A stretch of DNA of 64,000 nt from NCBI GenBank assembly GCA_035513295.1, contig DATKCH010000001.1, positions 12,243 to 76,242 of the forward strand, in the 5' to 3' direction. This DNA is from Longimicrobiales bacterium. GTDB lineage: Bacteria > Gemmatimonadota > Gemmatimonadetes > Longimicrobiales > RSA9. The translations under genes and the position numbers were made by a program. The notes beneath the pieces are model-generated. The model saw only the letters and a list, made by a program, of their open reading frames with translations, ran no database searches and was not told the origin of the DNA. Each line of letters begins with the position of its first letter. The first letter of the stretch is position 1. This document shows, piece by piece, positions 58,464-64,000 of this stretch.

Positions 58464-60149
58464 TCATCCGACCGTCAGCTTCCGATATCGAATACGGTGG
58501 GGTTGTTCCGCCTCGGGTCCCAGCCGCCGCCTCCGGTCGTCCTCGTAGTCGTGATAGTTGCCCTCGATCCAGCGCACCTGGCTGTCGCCCTCGAACACGA
58601 GCATGTGCGTGGCGATGCGGTCGAGGAACCATCGGTCGTGGCTTATGACCAGCGCGTTTCCCGCGAACCTCAGGATCGCGTCCTCCAACGCCCTGAGCGT
58701 GTCCACGTCCAGGTCGTTCGTCGGCTCGTCCAGCAGCAGGACGTTGCCCCCCGAGCGCAGCAGCTTGGCGAGGTGGACGCGGTTGCGTTCCCCTCCGGAT
58801 AGGACACGGACCTTCTTCTGCTGATCCGGACCTCGAAAATTGAAGCCGGAAAGGTATGCGCGGCTGTTCATTTCCGCGGAGCCCACCGGGATCGTCTCGA
58901 GTCCGCCGGTGACCTCCTGCCACACCGTCTGTTCGCCCTCCAGCGCCGCGCGCGACTGGTCCACGTACGCGAGCTCCACGGTCGGGCCCAACCGAAGGGA
59001 ACCCGCGTCCGGCTCCTCGAGCCCGGTGAGCATCCGAAACAGCGTGGTCTTGCCCGCCCCATTGGGGCCGATGATCCCGACGAGCGCGCCGCGGGGAACA
59101 GTGAACGTGAGGTCGTCGAAGAGGAGCTTGTCGCCGTAGGCCTTCGACAACCCTTCCGCGACGATCACTTCTTCTCCCAGGCGCTGTCCGGGGGGAATCA
59201 GGATCTCGGCGGTGCGGATCTGCTCGCCCGGGTCCCGGGACGACAACTCCTCGAATGCGTGCAGCCGCGCCTTCCCCTTCGCCTGGCGGGCGCGTGGGGC
59301 CATGCGGACCCAGTCCAGTTCCCGCTGCAGCGTGCGCTGGCGCGCCGACTCGCCTTTTTCCTCCACGCGCAGCCGTTCGCGCTTCTGCTCGAGCCACGAG
59401 GAGTAATTGCCCTCGTAGGGGAGGCCGGCGCCGCGATCCAGCTCGAGTATCCACTCCGCCACGTTGTCGAGGAAGTATCGGTCGTGGGTGATGGCGACGA
59501 TGGTGCCCTTGAACTCCGCGAGGTGCCGCTCCAGCCACGCCACCGATTCCGCGTCCAGGTGGTTCGTCGGCTCGTCCAGGAGCAGCATGTCCGGAACGGA
59601 CAGCAGTACGCGGCACAGTGCCACCCTGCGCCTTTCACCTCCGGAAAGCGTCGCCACGTCGGCGTTCCCGGGAGGGAGCCTCAGCGCGTCCATCGCGATC
59701 TCCACCTTGCGGTCGAGGTCCCACAGGCCGCCGGCCTCGATTGCGTCCTGGATTCGTGCCTGTTCCTCGATGAGGGCCGCCATGTCATCATCGGACAGCG
59801 GTTCGGCGAAGCGGGCGTTGACCTCGTCGTAGCGCGCCAGCAGCGACCGCTGCTGGGCGATCGCCAGGTCCACGTTGCCGCGCACGTCCAGGTCGGGATC
59901 GAGCTCCGGCTCCTGAGGCAGGTATTCGATGCGGGTCCCCTTCGCCGCCCATGCCTCGCCCTGGAAGTCGGTGTCCGCGCCGGCCATGATGCGCAGCAGC
60001 GTGCTCTTCCCGGAGCCGTTCGGACCGACGACCCCGATCTTGGCGCCAGGATAGAACGACAGCCAGATGCCTTTCAGCACCTCGCGCTTGGGGGGGACCA
60101 CCTTGCGGAGGTCCTTTATCGAATAGATGAACCGCGTCGTATCCGTCAC
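58464..60149 (-). CDS. ettA: Energy-dependent translational throttle protein EttA (ABC-F)
   Basis: GTG at 60149 (VTDTTRFIYSIKDLRKVVPPKREVL). There are two NBDs (GPNGSGKST, GPNGAGKTT; LSGGERRRVAL, LSGGERNRVHL). The EttA-type arm and C-terminus ...IRYRKLTV are present. The product is 561 aa. Confidence 0.9.
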   Translation of the reverse strand: MTDTTRFIYSIKDLRKVVPPKREVLKGIWLSFYPGAKIGVVGPNGSGKSTLLRIMAGADTDFQGEAWAAKGTRIEYLPQEPELDPDLDVRGNVDLAIAQQRSLLARYDEVNARFAEPLSDDDMAALIEEQARIQDAIEAGGLWDLDRKVEIAMDALRLPPGNADVATLSGGERRRVALCRVLLSVPDMLLLDEPTNHLDAESVAWLERHLAEFKGTIVAITHDRYFLDNVAEWILELDRGAGLPYEGNYSSWLEQKRERLRVEEKGESARQRTLQRELDWVRMAPRARQAKGKARLHAFEELSSRDPGEQIRTAEILIPPGQRLGEEVIVAEGLSKAYGDKLLFDDLTFTVPRGALVGIIGPNGAGKTTLFRMLTGLEEPDAGSLRLGPTVELAYVDQSRAALEGEQTVWQEVTGGLETIPVGSAEMNSRAYLSGFNFRGPDQQKKVRVLSGGERNRVHLAKLLRSGGNVLLLDEPTNDLDVDTLRALEDAILRFAGNALVISHDRWFLDRIATHMLVFEGDSQVRWIEGNYHDYEDDRRRRLGPEAEQPHRIRYRKLTVG

Positions 60150-60150
60150 G

Positions 60151-60933
60151 TCACGGAGATCGAGTCGCGCCCTGAGCGCCGCACGATGCCGTTTCCGGGA
60201 TGCGCGCGTCGGCCACGCGCGCGAACAGGATCGCGTGGCCAGCGTCGTTGAGGTGGATCCCGTCGCCGGCATCGTACAACGAGGAGATCGTGCCGTCGGG
60301 CCTGGCAAGGCCCGTGTAGAAGTCGATCGCCCGGTCCCGGAAACGCGCCATCGTGGAGTCCCGCATGGCCCGGAGGGTCGCGCGCCTGGCGGCGTCGAAG
60401 TTGCGCGGCTGCGTGGTGGTCACCCACACCTCCGCGCCGGCGCCGTCCGCGCGCGCGAGGACGGTATCGTAGTTGGCCAGCTGGGTGGCGACGTCGAAGC
60501 CGAGGTTGGCGTCGTTGGAGGGCAGGCTGATGATGATCGCGTCCGAAACGGCGAGCGCCCGCTCGATGTTTCGCGCCGGGTCCGGCTGCATGTGGTCCTC
60601 CGGGCCGCCAAAGCCCAGCGGCAGGATGCGGTAGGTGTTGTAGCCGCCCCGCGCCAGGTTCGTGAGGGCATGGCCGGCGCTTGCCGCGTCCAGGTGCCGC
60701 CGATACCGTTCGACCCAGGCGTTGGCGCTGGCGGCCGGTCCGGTGCCGGCGGCGCTCGACGACCCGAGCACCACCACGTGCACGGGACCGCAGGAAGCGG
60801 GCGCCGGCCGCGCCGAGGCCGATTCCGCCGCGGCCGTCCCGGCCCTCGGGAAGGGGGGCGCCGATTGCGCGGACCCTTCGCACCCGACCGCCGCGGCGAG
60901 CGCGATGACGGAAAACCACGATGCTTCACGCAC
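60151..60933 (-). CDS. SGNH/GDSL-family hydrolase, lipoprotein
   Basis: The GTG at 60933 gives lipobox AAAVGC. Block I is VVVLGSSSAAG, block III SLPSNDA and block V DGIHLNDAGH. The stop is 1 nt from the ettA start. Confidence 0.75.
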   Translation of the reverse strand: MREASWFSVIALAAAVGCEGSAQSAPPFPRAGTAAAESASARPAPASCGPVHVVVLGSSSAAGTGPAASANAWVERYRRHLDAASAGHALTNLARGGYNTYRILPLGFGGPEDHMQPDPARNIERALAVSDAIIISLPSNDANLGFDVATQLANYDTVLARADGAGAEVWVTTTQPRNFDAARRATLRAMRDSTMARFRDRAIDFYTGLARPDGTISSLYDAGDGIHLNDAGHAILFARVADARIPETASCGAQGATRSP

Positions 60934-61651
60934 GCTCGAGCCCGGCGCGCAGGGCGGCGACATCGTCCGTCGTCAGGCTCTCGACCCCCATGTCCAGCAG
61001 CCGGCGCGCCTCGCCGGCGTCGTTCACCGTCCAGGCGGCGAGCTCGACGCCGGCGCCCGCCGCCCGCTTCGCCAGCCCCGGCTCCTCCAGCAGGATGCGG
61101 CGGTCCGGATCGACGATCGCGTTGCCATCCTCGACGGCGAGCGACAGGGCGCGCCCGTAGCGTTCGACCGCCTCCACCACGAAGCCTATGCGCAGGTCGC
61201 TCAGGCGCCGCACATGGCCGAGGGTCTCCCAGTCGAGCGACAGCACCACGGTATCCGTGGCCCAACCGGAAGCTCCGATCTCGTCCACCACCCGCGCGAC
61301 GACGCTCGTCGACATCCCGGCCTTCAACTCGGGGTAGATCCGATCGCAGCGACCGGCGGTGAGCGCGAGCGCCTCGCCGAGGGACGGCACCGGCTGCCCT
61401 GCGTACGATTCGCCGAACCACGAGCCGGCGTCGAGCGAACGCAGCTCCATCAGAGAGTGCGCGTCGACCCTGCCGCTTCCGTCGGTCGTCCGGTCCAGCG
61501 TGTCGTCGTGGAGGAGCACCGGGATTCCGTCGGCGCTCGCCTGGACGTCCCACTCCACCGCGTCCGCACGCTCCTCGAGGGCGAGCCGGAGAGCCGCCAG
61601 CGTATTTTCGGGAGCGCGCGCGCTCAGCCCCCGGTGGGCGATGAGCTCCAT
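60926..61651 (-). CDS. Glycerophosphodiester phosphodiesterase (GDPD family)
   Basis: ATG at 61651. MELIAHRGLSARAPENTLAA, EWDVQASADGIPVLLHDDTLDRTT and the overall GDPD pattern are present. It overlaps the SGNH start by 8 nt. Confidence 0.85.
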   Translation of the reverse strand: MELIAHRGLSARAPENTLAALRLALEERADAVEWDVQASADGIPVLLHDDTLDRTTDGSGRVDAHSLMELRSLDAGSWFGESYAGQPVPSLGEALALTAGRCDRIYPELKAGMSTSVVARVVDEIGASGWATDTVVLSLDWETLGHVRRLSDLRIGFVVEAVERYGRALSLAVEDGNAIVDPDRRILLEEPGLAKRAAGAGVELAAWTVNDAGEARRLLDMGVESLTTDDVAALRAGLERA

Positions 61652-61845
61652 CCCGCGAGGATGGGGCGCGAGGACATGGGGGACAAGCGGACGGCGTCCG
61701 GACGCGACCGCCGGCGAGGAAGGAAACCCGACGGCCGCTGCCGCGTATTGATCGTACCAACCCTGCCGGCCATACGGGGCATCGTAGGATCGGACCTCGC
61801 CGCCGCACGGGCGGCGGACGTTACCCGAAATACCCGGCTCCACCG

Positions 61846-64000
61846 ATGACCCATCTCCATCGAACGCGAACGCGCCACGCGGCCCTGCTGCTCGCGGGCC
61901 TCTCGCTGCCTGCCGACACGCTCGCCCAGGACAGCGCCGTGCACGACTCGAGTCACGGCGAGAGCAGCTTGGCGGCCGCTCCGGTGACGCCCCCGGCCGG
62001 CGACCCGAACCACGAGCGCCTCGCACCCACCGCGCGCGCGATCCGCCTCACGGGCCCCATCGAGCTGGATGGCCGGCTGGACGAGCCGATCTGGGCGCTG
62101 GCGCCCGTGGTGGACGTGTTCTACCAGCGCGACCCGAACGAGGGCGAACCGGTGACGCAGCGCACGGAAGTGAGGTTCGCTTACGATGACGAGACGCTTT
62201 ACATCGGCGCCCGCATGTTCGACGACATGGGCGCCGAGGGGGTGGTTTCGCGCCTGGTCCGGCGCGACAACTCGCCCGACAGCGACCGGCTCACGATCAC
62301 GTTCGACACGTTTCTGGACCACCTGGGGCAGACGCAGCTGTCCATCAACCCCGCCGGCGTGCGCGGGGACGCGTTCGGCCCCGGCGGCTCCGGGTTGGAC
62401 TCCTCCTGGGATCCGGTCTGGCGGGCGCGGGCGCGCGTCGATTCGTTGGGGTGGACCGCGGAGCTCGAGATTCCGTTCTCGCAGCTTCGCTTTCCGCAGG
62501 GAGTCGACCAGCGCTGGGGCCTCCAGATCGAGCGTCTCGTGCACCGTCTCAACGAATCGCAGGTCTGGTCGTTCTGGCGGAAGACCGAGTCCGGCGGACC
62601 CTCCCGCTACGGCCACCTCGAAGGCATCGAGGCGCCCGCCGTGGGGACCAACAAGCTCGAGCTGCTCCCCTACGCCGTCTCGACGACCGCGCTCAACGGC
62701 ACCGTGGACGCGGCGAATCCGTTCGTCGACAAGACCGAGGCCAAATTCCGCGCGGGCATCGACCTGAAGTACCTGCTCACATCCAACCTGACGTTGAACG
62801 CCACCTCAATCCCGACTTCGGGCAGGCCGAAGTCGATCCGGCCGTGGTCAACCTGAGCGCCTTCGAGACGTTCTTTCCGGAGAAGCGCGAGTTCTTCATC
62901 GCGGGCCAGGGGCTCTTCAGCTACGGCGGGCTGAACTGCTTCTTCTGCTCTAACGTGTCGTCCCTGAGCATGGTGTTCACGCGGCGGATCGGACGTTCAC
63001 CCGGCGGCGCTCACTTCGCCCGCGAGGCCGGCGAACACGCCGACGTCCCCGACAACACGACCATCCTCGGCGCGGCCAAGGTGACCGGCCGGACCGGCGG
63101 CGGGTGGTCGGTCGGCCTTCTGAACGCGGTCACGGGAGCCGAGGACGCCGATGTCGTCGGGGCGGACGGCGAGCGATTCAAAACGAAGGTCGAGCCGCTG
63201 AGCAACTACTTCGTGGGGCGCGTCAAGAGGGACCTCAAGGACGGCGATCTCCAGGTCGGCGCGATCGTGACCTCCGTCGCGCGCGACCTGGATGACCCCG
63301 ATCTCGCGTCAGTGATGACGTCGCACTCGGAGGGGGCCGGCGTCGACGCCCAGTTGTGGTGGGGCGATCGCACGTATCGCCTGATGGCCAACGCGGCGCT
63401 GACGAACGTATCGGGGTCGGAGGGGGCCATCCTTCTGCGGCAACGGTCGAGCGCGCGCTACTTCCAGCGTCCGGACCGCGACCACGGCGGCAACGGCCTG
63501 TTCAGCGACCGCTTCGATCCGACCCTCACGTCGATGCGCGGATTCGGAACGTACACCCGCGTCGCCAAGGAATCGGGGGACTGGCGCTGGGAGACGTCGC
63601 TCAATACCCGCAGCCCCGGCTTCGAGAACAACGACGTCGCGTTCCTGAGTCGTACGGACTTCGTGTGGATGCACGCCAACGTCAATCGCCAATTCACGAC
63701 CCCGACGAAATACTATCGCCACCTCGAATTCACGGCCGGCACGCAGCAGCAGTACAACTTCGACGGGGATCTCACGGACCGGCAATATCAGGTCTGGGCG
63801 GGCACGCGGACTCCCTTCTGGTGGTGGTTCAGCGGCTTCTACCTGACGCGTCCGTCGGTGCTGGACGACCGCCTCACGCGCGGGGGACCCGTGGTGGAGC
63901 GGGCCGGAATCGACTTCATGTCGTTGTTCGCCGAGACGGACTCGCGCAAAGCTCTCTCGGGGTGGACCGAGTTCTCCCACGGGCGCAACGACGAGGGCTC
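61846..64000 (+). pseudogene. DUF5916 / CBM9-like secreted protein, apparent 1-nt frameshift near 62806 (or sequence error); 3' end outside window
   Basis: The signal peptide and IELDGRLDEPIW...VRFAYDDETLYIGARMFD are CBM9-like. ORF 61846..62856 ends in junk after ...LTLNAT. The -1 frame from 62808 (NPDFGQAEVDPAVVNLSAFETFFPEKREFF...) stays open and coding-like to base 64000. Confidence 0.6.

Overview
Very GC-rich (roughly 70% by eye, not computed), gene-dense bacterial chromosomal segment. I count about 50 protein genes and 2 tRNAs. I found no rRNA, CRISPR array, transposase, integrase, phage gene or canonical defence gene. Gene content includes an ADOP-type orphan MacB permease, DUF3108, DUF5916 and GWxTD-like proteins, a membrane-bound SARP/TPR regulator and a BlaI/BlaR1 module. 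This suggests a diderm lineage such as Gemmatimonadota or Acidobacteriota, which is inference only. Blocks in order: (1) TonB fragment and amidohydrolase; (2) LPS-core/glycan cluster 2.5-12 kb (unknown acidic protein, Kdo-kinase-like, GT9, GT2, pyruvyl transferase, GT4, GT2, MsbA-like exporter, GT2); (3) DUF3108, a divergent DHS-fold protein and Fpg; (4) tRNA-Glu and tRNA-Val, then a translationally coupled NhaA + 2 CPA antiporter operon and a P1B-4 ATPase; (5) a GAF/PAS histidine kinase - transmembrane SARP/TPR regulator - small frameshifted gene operon; (6) housekeeping and envelope genes (HAD, TrmH, EamA, DHS-like, ABC exporter, SpeA, ArfB, BNR-M23 peptidase, D-aminoacylase, ADOP permease, CCC-type transporter, OmpA); (7) a BlaI-BlaR1 module with a clear promoter and double operator, whose C-terminal domain is 8-9 tandem 34-aa 'DSDHY' repeats that I cannot assign to a known family, followed by TlpA-CcdA and an unknown secreted protein; (8) dodecin, lipoprotein, MCP, EttA, SGNH hydrolase, GDPD and a frameshifted DUF5916 gene running off the window. 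The most unusual candidates are the DSDHY-repeat BlaR1 sensor module, the HK-SARP operon and the two DHS-fold paralogues. None is proven novel from sequence alone. Many long Arg/Pro/Gly-rich ORFs in the track are antisense or out-of-frame artefacts of high GC and were rejected.
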